The notes beneath the pieces were generated by a model. The model saw only the letters and a program-made list of their open reading frames with translations. It made no database searches and had not been told where the DNA came from. A DNA stretch of 64,000 bases from the human T2T-CHM13v2.0 reference genome, Homo sapiens. Within the stretch, counting starts at the first letter, position 1. Every line of letters starts with the position of its first letter. A program made the position numbers and the translations under genes. This document shows positions 1 through 11,595 of this stretch, piece after piece. The stretch lies in NCBI RefSeq assembly GCF_009914755.1, contig NC_060930.1. One strand, written 5' to 3'.

Positions 1-4
1 TTTT

Positions 5-43
5 TGTTGATGTTGATGTTGATGTTGATGTTGATGTTGATGT
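5..43. repeat. (GATGTT)n simple repeat inside L1
   Basis: Tandem tgttga/gatgtt units read directly. Confidence 0.9.
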
Positions 44-868
44 TATTGCTTTCTGATTGTTAGTTTTTCCTCTAACAGTCAGGCCCTTCTTCTGCAGGTA
101 TGCTGCAGTTTGCTGGAGGTCCAGTCCAGACCATATTTTCCTGGATATCACCAGTGGAGGCAGCAGAACAGCAAAGATTGCTGCCTGCTTCATCCTCTGG
201 AAGCTTCATCCCAGAGGGGCACCAGCCTGATGCCTCCCAGAGCCCTCCTGTATGAAGCGTCTGTCAACCCCTGTTGGGTGGTCTCTCCTGGTCAGGAGGC
301 ACAGGGGTCAGGAACCCACTTGAGGAGGCAGTCTGTCCCTTAGCAGAGCTCAAGTGCTGTGCTGGGAGAACCCTCCTTGTCAGGATCCACTGCTCTCTTC
401 AGAGCTGGCAGGCAGGAATATTTAAGTCTGCTGAAGCTGTGCCCACAGCTGCCCCTTCCTCCAGGGGCTCTGTCCCAGGGAGATGGTAGTTTTATCTATG
501 AGCTCCTGACTGGGACTGCTGCCTTTCTTTCAGAGATGGCCTTCCCAGTGAAGAGGAATCTAGAGAAGCAGTCTGGCCACAGCTGCTTTGCCATGCTGTG
601 TTGAGTTCTACGCAGTCCTTAGCACTGTCAGGGGAATATTGCCTACTCAAGCCTCAGTAATGGTGGACACCCCTTCCCCCACCAAGCTTGATCATTCCAG
701 GTTGACTTCAGACTGCTGTTCTGGCAGCAAGAATTTCAAGCCAGTGGTTCTTAGCTTGCTGGGCTCTGTGGGAGTGGGACCCTCTAAGAGAGACCCTCTG
801 GCTTCAGCCCCCTTTCCAGGAGAGTGTATGATTCTGTCTGCCTGGGGTTCCAGGCACCACTGGAGCAC

Positions 869-871
<3 letters not shown>

Positions 872-923
<52 letters not shown>
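872..923. repeat. (CA)n microsatellite, ~26 units, inside L1 5' UTR
   Basis: Uninterrupted CA run. Confidence 0.98.
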
Positions 924-926
<3 letters not shown>

Positions 927-2647
927 CAAAACTCCTGCAGCTAGCTCGGTGTCTGCCAGATCAGCTGCCCAATTTTGTGCTTGAAACCCAGGGCACTGGT
1001 GGTATAGGCACACAAGGGAATCTCCTGGTCTTCAGATTGCAAAAACTGTGGGAAAAGCATGGTATCTGGGAAAGATAGCACAGTCCCTCACAGCTTCCCT
1101 TGGCTGGAAAGGGAGGCCCCCAACTCCTTGCACTTCCTGGGTGAGGCAATGCCCCACCCTGCTTCTATTTGCCCTTTGTGGGCTATACCCACTGCCTAAC
1201 CAGTCTCAATGAGATGAACAGGGTACTTCAGTTGGAAATGCAGAAATCACCCATCTTTCACGTTGGTCCCGCTGGGAGCGGCAGACTGGAGCTGTTCCTA
1301 CTTGGCCCTCTTGCCAGATCTCTCAGCCATCTTGCCAGATCCAGGCATTCTTGCTTTCTTCCATACCCTCCTCAAATCTACCATCAACATTTCCTGTGGA
1401 ATCTAGACCATGACCATGATCTTCAGCCTAGGACTCTTCCACCAACGTGGGTGCTGGTCAGGCACACCAGGGCCACTTTTTCCTCAACTCACTACCTAAC
1501 GTGCTGCCTGCCTTTAATAATAACAGTAGCCACTGAGCACCAAAACCCAAAACATGCAGCTCCTGGCAACTGCTGATGAGCAGCCAAAAAAGGGAGCAAC
1601 TGTGTCCAACATGAATCATGAAACCTCAATGGAGAGATGGTCTTATTTTGGAATTTTAGCCAACAATTATTTCTCTTTTAAATTCTCCAAGTCAATTTTT
1701 AGATACTGATATCCATTCAAATATTAGTTCATGGTATGAAGTTGAAATAGCTTTCATGTTTATTTCATATTTGTTAGAAAGAAGGGAATTCCTAAATACT
1801 GTTGACTGTTAAAAGTTAATAAACTTAATATAGTAAAGCATCTTTTATTCTTTTTATTTCTTTTATTCTTTCATATTTCACTTATTTCACTGAGAATAAT
1901 TCCATGAATTCCCTTTATATATTTATACAATTCAGGCTTATCAGTTAGATTTCTTTATCCCAATAAAACAGCTTCCAAAGTACACTGACTTCAGTGAGGC
2001 CCTTGTGGCTCCCATTAACAAAACAACAGGGAAGCTTTTAAGCTCTGAATTATAATCACCTGAGTTCATGAAAACCATAGATATTAAACTTTGAGTTGTT
2101 ATGCATGGATAGTGATGATAACTGGATGGAAATTATAGTATATTCAACACCTTCACTATTATTCTCTTGTTAATTATGCTTATCACCTAAAAGTCATTGA
2201 TGCAACATATGTATGAGTCAATCTCACTCAATTAATTTGAACATTTTTATGAGTGAAATGTATTAAAATATAATCCAAAAAGGTTGTGCTTGGAAGATAA
2301 TGGCTTTCAATTATAGTACATAAATAAAAGATTGAAAAAGATGTACCAAACCATTTCTTCAACTCCCTAAAATACTTAAATTGAAAAAGAATAACAAAAC
2401 TTTCTTAGGACCCAGAATAATTATATTTAACTTAGGTTTAGTTATGCTGCTTTAGCTATTATCAGAGATGATCAAAATATTTTAAAATCTGAATGTAAGT
2501 GTGGGACAATTAAAAGGCTGTGGATAGCAGGATGCAGTGTCAGCAGTATTATTTTTTTAATGCGGTATTTAGGAAAATGTTTAAAATAATAAGAAACATT
2601 AGGCATAAGGGAAGTAATCATCACTGAGACACTGATACTTATGAAAA

Positions 2648-2759
2648 TAGGGTGACCAAGTGTCCTGGCTTCCCTGAGTCTATCCAGCTTTTATCCTAAA
2701 ATTTCTACATCCCAGGAATAACCTCAGGCTTAGACATACCAGGATGTTTGGTCAGTCTG
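2648..2759. mobile_element. MER94-like hAT-Blackjack MITE
   Basis: Starts tagggtgacca and ends tggtcagtctg (degenerate Blackjack TIRs); ~110 bp. Confidence 0.6.
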
Positions 2760-2824
2760 TGTTTAAACCAGAACACGTAAGAAAACAATGTGAACGGAAT
2801 AAAGAGATCCTATGGAGTACGGAA

Positions 2825-2922
2825 CAGGGTACTTTATTATTATCCAAATAGGAGATCTATTTATGAGTAGAAACAGCACTATTAAAATTATACTGTGACA
2901 ACATACATAAACTGGAACAGAC
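2825..2922. mobile_element. MER81-like hAT-Blackjack fragment
   Basis: cagggt...ttattatccaaataggaga...cactattaaaattatactgtgacaacatacataaactgg resembles the MER81 consensus. Confidence 0.5.
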
Positions 2923-2924
2923 TA

Positions 2925-2978
2925 AAGTGGAGTCAGCAAACTTTGTCTGTAAAGGGCCACAGAGTAAATATTTCTGGG
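2925..2978. mobile_element. MER58-like hAT-Charlie terminal fragment
   Basis: gtcagcaaactttgtctgtaaagggccacagagtaaatattt matches the MER58 terminus. Confidence 0.6.
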
Positions 2979-4829
2979 AATTTAGGAATTTTAGAGGGCA
3001 AGAGAAAGTGTAATGATGATTAAGCAAACAGTCTCATAGAGCAAAGCTGAGTCAATAACTAGAGGATAAACAAGTTGAGTGATAAGAGTATCTTGAACTT
3101 AGTGTTTTAAGTTTAATTTTGAACACCCAAGCCACTATTTCCAAAAATTTTTCGTCTTGTCTTCTATCATTCACATTTATAATCTCAATTGTCTTGATAC
3201 AAGGACCCCCTCTTGTTTTATTCCCATGAGGCTCAATGTGCAGTATCCTTGAATAATTAAAAGGCAACACTGGTGTCCTCTGCTGATTTATTTTATTAAA
3301 ATCATTAGCCTACTATAGGGCAGAAAGGTCAAAATACTTAAGAGTTATATCAAGATCCCCTATAATGTTGGTGCTAGGGCACAGAGTTAACAACTGACCT
3401 ATGAAGTAGGTCCAGAGAAAGACAATCTTGATCTTCCAAAACTGTTCACTATACAAACATTCTTGAAAAGATAGTCAAAATGGCAATCATGAAGCTTACA
3501 CTAAAGTTAAGGAAAGAAAATAATAAGAAACAGAGAGTGCATTAGGAGGGTTGATGTACTTCCCAGGATACTCTGGCAAATAATAATCACATGGGTCCTT
3601 TGAAGCTAAGCAGCTCACTGTGCCTTTGAGGCCAAGTATCCCAGTGTCATAGCTTTTCTGAGTAGTTATGCTTTTTCTAAGGATAAAAAGGTGAGATAGG
3701 CAGAAGCATTCATTTCTGAAATTGGCCTGGATTTTACAAGTTTACTTAGCATGTTTAGCCTAAGTGCCATAGAGAGCACTCAGTCTAGCAGTAGTTGCAG
3801 GTATGTACCTAGGAAGGGTTAATTTTATTCTGTCCAAAGAGTACTGGGTCTTCAACATGGCACAGTTCTTGCATTGCTAATTATGCCATATTCTGTGGAT
3901 GGCTTTTGCACTTTGAATGGTTCTCTTGCTACACCAGCATCTGCTGAGTTTCCTAAATATAACTCTTGATGACTCCTTAACTTTTAGTTTCCTATGAGTT
4001 CTACAATGAGCCTCTTTTGCAGTTTTTCTTCCTCTTCTAAACATCTAAGGTGTGATAGTAACGTAGTCATTACGTATCTTTGGAATTTCTTATTGGAATC
4101 GCACACATTGGCTTTGTGTATTATTCTAAACTCTTTAGTTGAATTATAACTACATATCTGCATAATATCTCAACTTCAGATATGAAAAAGAGTAGATGTT
4201 GATTTTTTCTTTTTGGAAAATTCAAAATATTAATTCATCCATTAATCAATATGATTACCAAATAGTTATCAAGTGCTTATTAAGTACTAACATGTACAAA
4301 TGCATTCCAATTAATTTTCTCTTAATTTCCTATCACTAATAGGAAAACATCATTTTTGCTTAGGGCTTCTCATCTTGCTGCTCAAATAGTGTCCATCTCT
4401 CATGGAATTTCCCCATTATAATCTTTCCTAACATTGGTTGATTTATCAATGAAATAAGAAATTATTATTCCCTTTTATCAACAGAATACTTAAGTGACTT
4501 ACCAATGTTATAATGGAGCTTGGATTCAACAGAGATGCTCTATGTAAGCTTTGTGTTTCTTCTTATCCATAGGAAAAATGGTTTCCACTAGAGGATAGTT
4601 ATTAACACCTCAAGGATAATTACTGCTTGTGATGGTACTACCAAGATAATAAGTTGCCCTTAAATATTCATGGTGACTCATTTAACAAGACAATGGACTA
4701 TATATTATTCTCTGTTTATTACAACTTGTCTTTTTTCATCTTTCTATGCAAATATTGAGTAAAATTAGGTTAACAATTACAATTATAAAAATACCACTTA
4801 TGTCTATATCTTAGTAAAGTTTTCAGAGG

Positions 4830-5060
4830 TTTTTATTTATTAAAATATTAGTGTATTTTCTGACCTACTATGTGCCAGTGATGTTTGAGATGCTAGGGAT
4901 ATAGTATTGGAGAAACAGGTAACATTCTTTGCTCCTGTGTGGCTTGTAGTCTACTATCAAAAGAGATGAGCTGAATACCACAGCTAAGTACCACAGCTAG
5001 GAAGTGTTTAACTAGAATTCAAAACTGGGTTTGTTTGACCTAAAGTCCAAATTCTTTCCC
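4830..5060 (-). mobile_element. L2 3' fragment followed by MIR fragment
   Basis: cctactatgtgccag...tgctagggatatag (L2 tail), then cacagctaggaagt...agaattcaaaactggg (MIR). Confidence 0.55.
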
Positions 5061-5603
5061 TTTGCCTTGAAGCCTTGACTCCATTATTAATGTTTTCTAC
5101 AAAAAAAAGTTTTAAACATAGGCTTATTTCACAAATGGTAATAACACTGTGAAAGAGGTTCTAAGATGTCAGCAGGTATTGTTGAAAGAGTAAACTAGCC
5201 ACTTGGACACATCTAAGAGTCAAAACATTTCTGTTCTTATGAGGTTAGAATATAGACAAACTCTAATCCCTGAGAATCACTCCATTTTAGATTATTATGC
5301 AATTTTCTAAAAATTATACAATATTGGGTAGATCTAGGGTTTCTATACCATAAATACATTCTCCTTGATTTGAGAACCTTTTGGTAAAGCTATTCTCTAA
5401 AGACTAACCTCAGGATGGATTATAATCCTAGTTCAAGAGAACAGAGTATAAATCCTAAGAGATATACCTATATGCGCCTCTGAATTCCACAGTGGATATG
5501 TTCAGAAGGGTACCAGAAAGATAATAGGGGTTATCAGAGTTCTTAATTTTTTTTCTTCCATATCCATAAGAAAATGCACTGGCCATTTTATGTATTACCA
5601 CCT

Positions 5604-6155
5604 ATGGTAGGCAGCACAGTCCCTCAAACATGTTCACACTCTAACTTCTGAAACCCATGAACATAGACAATGTGACTTTGCAAATGTAATAAAAATTATG
5701 GAGCTAGACTATATGGATAGCCCTAATCTAACCATGTTGAGTCCTTTAAAGCAGAGAACTGTGATTACAGAAATATAGCAGAAAGGCAAGAGGGATGTGG
5801 GATAAGGGAAATCATAGAGATTCTAACACTGAGAAGTTTTGATGATCCACTGTTGGCTCTAAGGCATAAGAGCTCACATGCAAAGATGGAAGACACGCCT
5901 CTAGGAAATGAGGGTGGTCTCTACCTGACAGCCACAAGTAAATGCATGCTTCAGCCCTATACCTGCAAGGAAATAAATTATAACAAAAATCTGAGTGAAC
6001 TTGGAAGTGGATTCTTCCCCAGAGCCTCCAGAAAGGAATGCAATTTTTAGCTGAGTGAGAACTGCAGTGAATTTCCAACCTACAGAACTGTGAGATAATA
6101 AATGGGTGTTATTGTAAGGTGCTATTTATTAATGTAGTGGTGAAAATCTAATGCA
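5604..6155 (+). mobile_element. MLT1 (D/E-like) MaLR solo LTR
   Basis: ctacctgacagcc...tcagccctatacctgcaagga...gtgaacttggaagtggattcttccccagagcctcca...cctacagaactgtgagataataaat. Confidence 0.85.
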
Positions 6156-7124
6156 TTACTTCTGATAATATTTCATGGCCTCTTGTCTAGTCTGTTATTT
6201 TGACTTATACATTCTATCTTATCAAATTTCACTGAAAATACTTGGCTTAAGATTTGTTTTTCATCCTTGGCCTCACCCCTTTTTGATTGAAGTCTCAGTT
6301 CTTACTATTTCTTTCATTCTCATGGCTCCTTTTGGCTTTGGATATTTTCCACAGTTCTTTCTTTGTTCTAAAAAAGTAGTTCATATCAGGCTCATTCTAC
6401 CCACATGTTAGATCATGCTCCAGGATATAAGCTAATTTTTCCTTTCCTTTCATAGAAACTTTTCTTCCTATTTTCAGAAACTGTCTTTCTGTATTGCATA
6501 TCAACATCACCGTACCTCTGTGAGACAGATGCACAAAACTTCCCCTTCCCCACTTCTCCATCTGATTATTTAGACTTTTTGCTTTCAATGGGTTAATACC
6601 ATTGTATATTTATTCTCATAGTTAGCCACTTCTACCTAGGTCCCATAGTACTAAATAAGTGCACTTGTAAAAAGGGTAGCAAAGTGGCCTTATAAAAGCA
6701 AGAGATGAAAATATAAGAGAGATAGAAGACATCTAAACTTTTAAAAAAAATTTTATTTTTATCTTTACATGTATTTTTGTAGTTGAAACTTTTGGAGTTA
6801 ATGCTCCAGATTAACTAGAAAATGATGAAAATATTTTCATGAGGCTGTAGTGGCTACAGGGAAGGTTTCTGGGGCAAGCAAGTCTTTAGGCTTGCAAACA
6901 TCAGTATACTAATTGGCAAATGACCTGGATTCTACTTTATCTGGAGAGTTGAAACAACAGTGGATTTAGAGTTCAAAGAATATGAGAAATTGCAGATTTG
7001 GAGGTCCTGGCATAAAATAATGACAATTTTATGACGCAAGTGGTCTCCAAAGATCACCTAAAGAATCTTCTGCCTCCAGGGACATGCATGATAACTTATA
7101 AATTTGAATGTCTTTGAATTAGAT

Positions 7125-7925
<801 letters not shown>

Positions 7926-8239
7926 ATTTTCTCCATATTTTAAATAAGACTTTCTGCTTTATTCAAATTTAAAGATTTCTACTAAAGAAAACCTTTATCC
8001 ATCTTTGTAGTATATGTAGCTTAGAATACAATTGTTCCTTGTTTTCAGAATTTTCTGCAATGCTGTATAAATTAAGCTCATTAAGAGTATATGCAAAAGG
8101 TAAAAAAAAATGTGAACTGCAATAGGCTTTATAGGTTTTCACTTTTCGACTGAAGACATGCCACTGAATTTTCTAGAGAGCCTATCCTTTCTTCACTTGA
8201 AGCCCATTTGGATTTGGCTGGTTGCAACTCCCTCTTATC

Positions 8240-8628
8240 TCCCAGAGAAGACTTAGTTGGCCTAAGCCAATCACCCATACAATGGCTATGGTGATTCTTA
8301 CAGAGATAAGCACACAGCCCAATCCTATTCAAGGAGAGTTAGACCCAAGATTTTGCCTGAGTCTTAGAAACTAAGAAACTTACTTTCTCTTGATACCACA
8401 CACTTACCTGGAAGACTGCATCTCTGGATGCAGCTGGCAATAATCCTGAGATCTCAAGGGAAAAGGCTGTCTGAGAATAGAGTCAATTTACAGACAGATA
8501 TGTTAACAGGCAGAGAGAAAGTGAAGTCAGATCTTTTGAGACCCTGTATGAATTCCAAAGAAATCATTTCACTTAAGCAAATGTGTGTCAGGTTTTCTGT
8601 CCATTTACAGCCAAAATAGTCTTTATCA
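8240..8628 (+). mobile_element. MLT1J/K-like LTR
   Basis: ggcctaagccaatca...ggctgtctgagaatagagtcaa...cttaagc...ggttttctgtccatttacagccaaaa. Confidence 0.55.
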
Positions 8629-10699
8629 TCATTGAAAAAAAGTGTATTTGATTGGCTATTATATATTGGCCACCATGCATTTCATGTTGACATATTTTCT
8701 TTTAATAGTGCCCAACAATTAGTCTCCATAAAAAATGGATAATAAAAACTATATCCTTTGGCCACTCAAAGAAATTTTCCTTGCATTTTCCAAAAGGAAG
8801 AAAAGTTTGCTGGATTACAACATTATAGCATTCCTCATTTCTTTTTATCTTTCTTCATATCACCTCTGATTTCTACTATTTGTTCAAAAATTTGTAAAGT
8901 TATTTTGGTATGTATGTATAGCTAAAACATAGATAACCAAGGCTAGTTGAGCTTAATAAGTGGCTCTTATTCCATCCAGTTTTATCCTCTCTTTAATTAT
9001 TCCCCACCATAAACTTAACCACACCTTGTTTATCTTAGTAATTGGCAATTTTGCCACAGACTGTAAAAGGCACATATGATTAAACATCTTCACAAATGTT
9101 TAGTCTCTGTTAATGTCACAAGGTAGTATTTGACAGCGTTAGTAGGCATGAAATATTATTTTTTAAATCTTTGACTGCCTTGCGTGTTGTCTTTTACCAA
9201 ACTATAAAGCTATGATTTTTCATTTTTGCAGCCCTCAGGGTAGCAAGTTTATTGCATCAATTCAGAGAAAAAAAGAAGTGACATTTGGATTTCTGAAACA
9301 GACATTTGAAGCTTATAGCACACACAATAGTTTTTAGGGAAAAACATTTGAATTTAAAAGCTTGTCTTTACTGTGCATCAAAGGTCAAGGTCTTACTCTC
9401 TACACAGAAGGGATATACAGAAAGTTTATTGAGTAAGAAAATAGAGAGAAGGATATAAAAGAAACAAAAGAGTTAGATGTTGGACACACTGCTGTGGGCC
9501 TCCTCTTGCTTATGTTCCCAGCACAAAATAAGAGAGACCCACTTCTCAAGTAGGTTAGGGACATCAGCACAGAGGACACATGTGCCTTGTATCCAGGAGT
9601 GGGTGTCTGAGAATATAGCAAGATTCTAGAATGATTTCCACACCATAGAAGGAAGATACATAGGAGGAATAGGTATTTTTAATTAGAGGCCTTGAACCAG
9701 CCCCCCACCAAGTTTGCTCTCTACTTGAGATAGAAGTAGCTGCATTTTTCTAAGCTCTTAGAAAAAATCAGCAATAGAAAAGAGAGAGAGAGGGAGACCT
9801 GCCCCCTTGTAAGTTAATATCCCACAAGAAAGAGAAACTTTGACTAAAATTCAGTCAAATGAAAGTTTTAAATTCTCATGCTCCTGACTGGTTTTCTCTG
9901 GAAATCCTATTATTTTGGGTTGAGGATGTGTCTTCTAAGGTAATTTGTATTTGCTCCTACCTGAGGCCCAGTCGGAATACCCATCTTAGATAACTCTCAA
10001 ATGCAAACCCTCATGAGACCAGGCCTATGGCTATAATTTCCCAGGGGAGCTCCTCCTGCTTTTGTTCCTCTGGTTCAGACTGAAACAGAAAGTCTGGGTG
10101 AGCAAACAGATTTTCCTCACCACCTTTTTCTGGTGTTAAGTGATTTTTTTCTGGTCTATTCTTGAATTGAGGTTATAGAATTTCACAAGTTCCAATTTTA
10201 TTTCAGGGCTATAGCTCCAAATCTCCCTGTGTACAAGCCCAAGATCTTGTATTCCATGAGGCATTTAACACTCAAGGCTGTATTTTTACCAGGATTGGAA
10301 ATATCCTAGCAGCTGCTGTCCTGGCTTTAATACATAGTTGCAACCCTGACTTACTGCTTCCTATTTAGGTTGAATCTTGGGGATTTCTCTTACTTTCCAG
10401 TGAAATCAGTGCATTTAAAAAGATGACAGTTATATTCTGTCTCAATATTGTGTAGCAGAAGTTTCATCAGGATGTCTGGTTTATCATAGATTGTGTTTTT
10501 CAAAACCCATTCACTCATGTTATCTCATTTGGGATCAGAGCTTATATACCTTTGTTAAAGATAAGGCAACAGGTGAAATGGAGAGTGCTTATTCTGTGAG
10601 AACTGTGTACTCCTTGTTACGGAAGCAGGGCTCAAAACCTCTTCATTCTCTCTGATACATCAAGAACATCTCTTTCCCACCTATCTGTTAAAACACCCG

Positions 10700-11585
10700 G
10701 TGCTTCCAGACTCATGCATTTCTTGCCCCCTGGCTTGGTACCCTATTGACCTCGTGCTCACTCACTCTCATTCTTTAAAGACTGTGGCACCTACTTACAG
10801 ACCTTCTTCTACCACACACGTTACCATCATCCTGGTTCAATTTAGTGAGTGTCCCATTTAACTCTCAGGCCTTATATTTATTCGATATTTTTATTTTTTA
10901 TTATGTGCCCTGTCTCAAACGTTTAGTCCAGGGCAGCATGAAAATGTTGCATTCACTTGTGTTTTTATTTGTATAGATTTAAGGTGTACAAGTGCCATTT
11001 TATTACATGGATACACTTTCCTGTGATGTATTTTTCTCAGTAACTTCAGTCTTGATTTTTTTTTGGATCACACAGCTATACGGAAAACATTTAATCTGAA
11101 ATAATAAATTCAGCCACTTAACCTTTTGACTACAATCTCCTGATTGTACACCCACTGAGTATTTGGAGTTTTTAGAGTTTTTTTGGATAACTCTAAATAT
11201 CCATTCCTTGAACTCTCTTCTTCTTAACATTCTGCCCTATCTTGACCTTATTTCCTTCTGTGTATTGCTTAGACTCTGTGGGTCTTCATTTAAATTCTTT
11301 TGTTATTATTAACTTTAACAAGTTGTTTCATTTCCTTTTGTACCCAAACAGGAAAGCCCCAAGCATGAGCAAATCCAACTATATCCCTGTATGAAATGTC
11401 AAATGTTAAAATCAGCTAAAGGAAATCCACAGCTTCATAGATTACTTCAAACGTAATCTAGATATTCTGCTGTCATCTGGTTTTTCAGCTTTGTTCAGCA
11501 CACTTTCACTTTTTTCTAGTTATGTATGTCTGCAGTGTTCTAAACCTTTTATTCTTTCTCCAAACCTTCAGTTAAATCAACGCCA
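10700..11585 (+). mobile_element. Degraded L2 ORF2 region (left part, interrupted by L1MA2)
   Basis: Pyrimidine-rich L2-like tracts (aaagccccaagcatgagcaaatccaact; tctccaaacctt) that continue after 19030. Confidence 0.45.
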
Positions 11586-11595
11586 TTTTTTTGTT

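Larger units (their letters stand above)
1..1342 (-). mobile_element. L1 5' UTR, older L1PA (L1PA8-10 / L1P3 class); body continues beyond window start
   Basis: Reverse complement of the L1 5' end (gggagcggcagactggagctgttcctacttggcc...) at ~1273-1320. Typical L1PA antisense 5' UTR motifs such as ctaacagtcaggccc, ggggtcaggaacccacttgaggaggcagtctg and gaaatgcagaaatcaccc. Confidence 0.9.

Noticed and set aside
692-1078. ORFs with CVCV or THTH runs (also 49606-49915)
   Set aside because: Translations of (CA)n/(TG)n microsatellites.
1169-1576. Longest ORF in the track (135 aa)
   Set aside because: Starts at a non-ATG codon in antisense L1 5' UTR and runs into flank; no recognisable protein.
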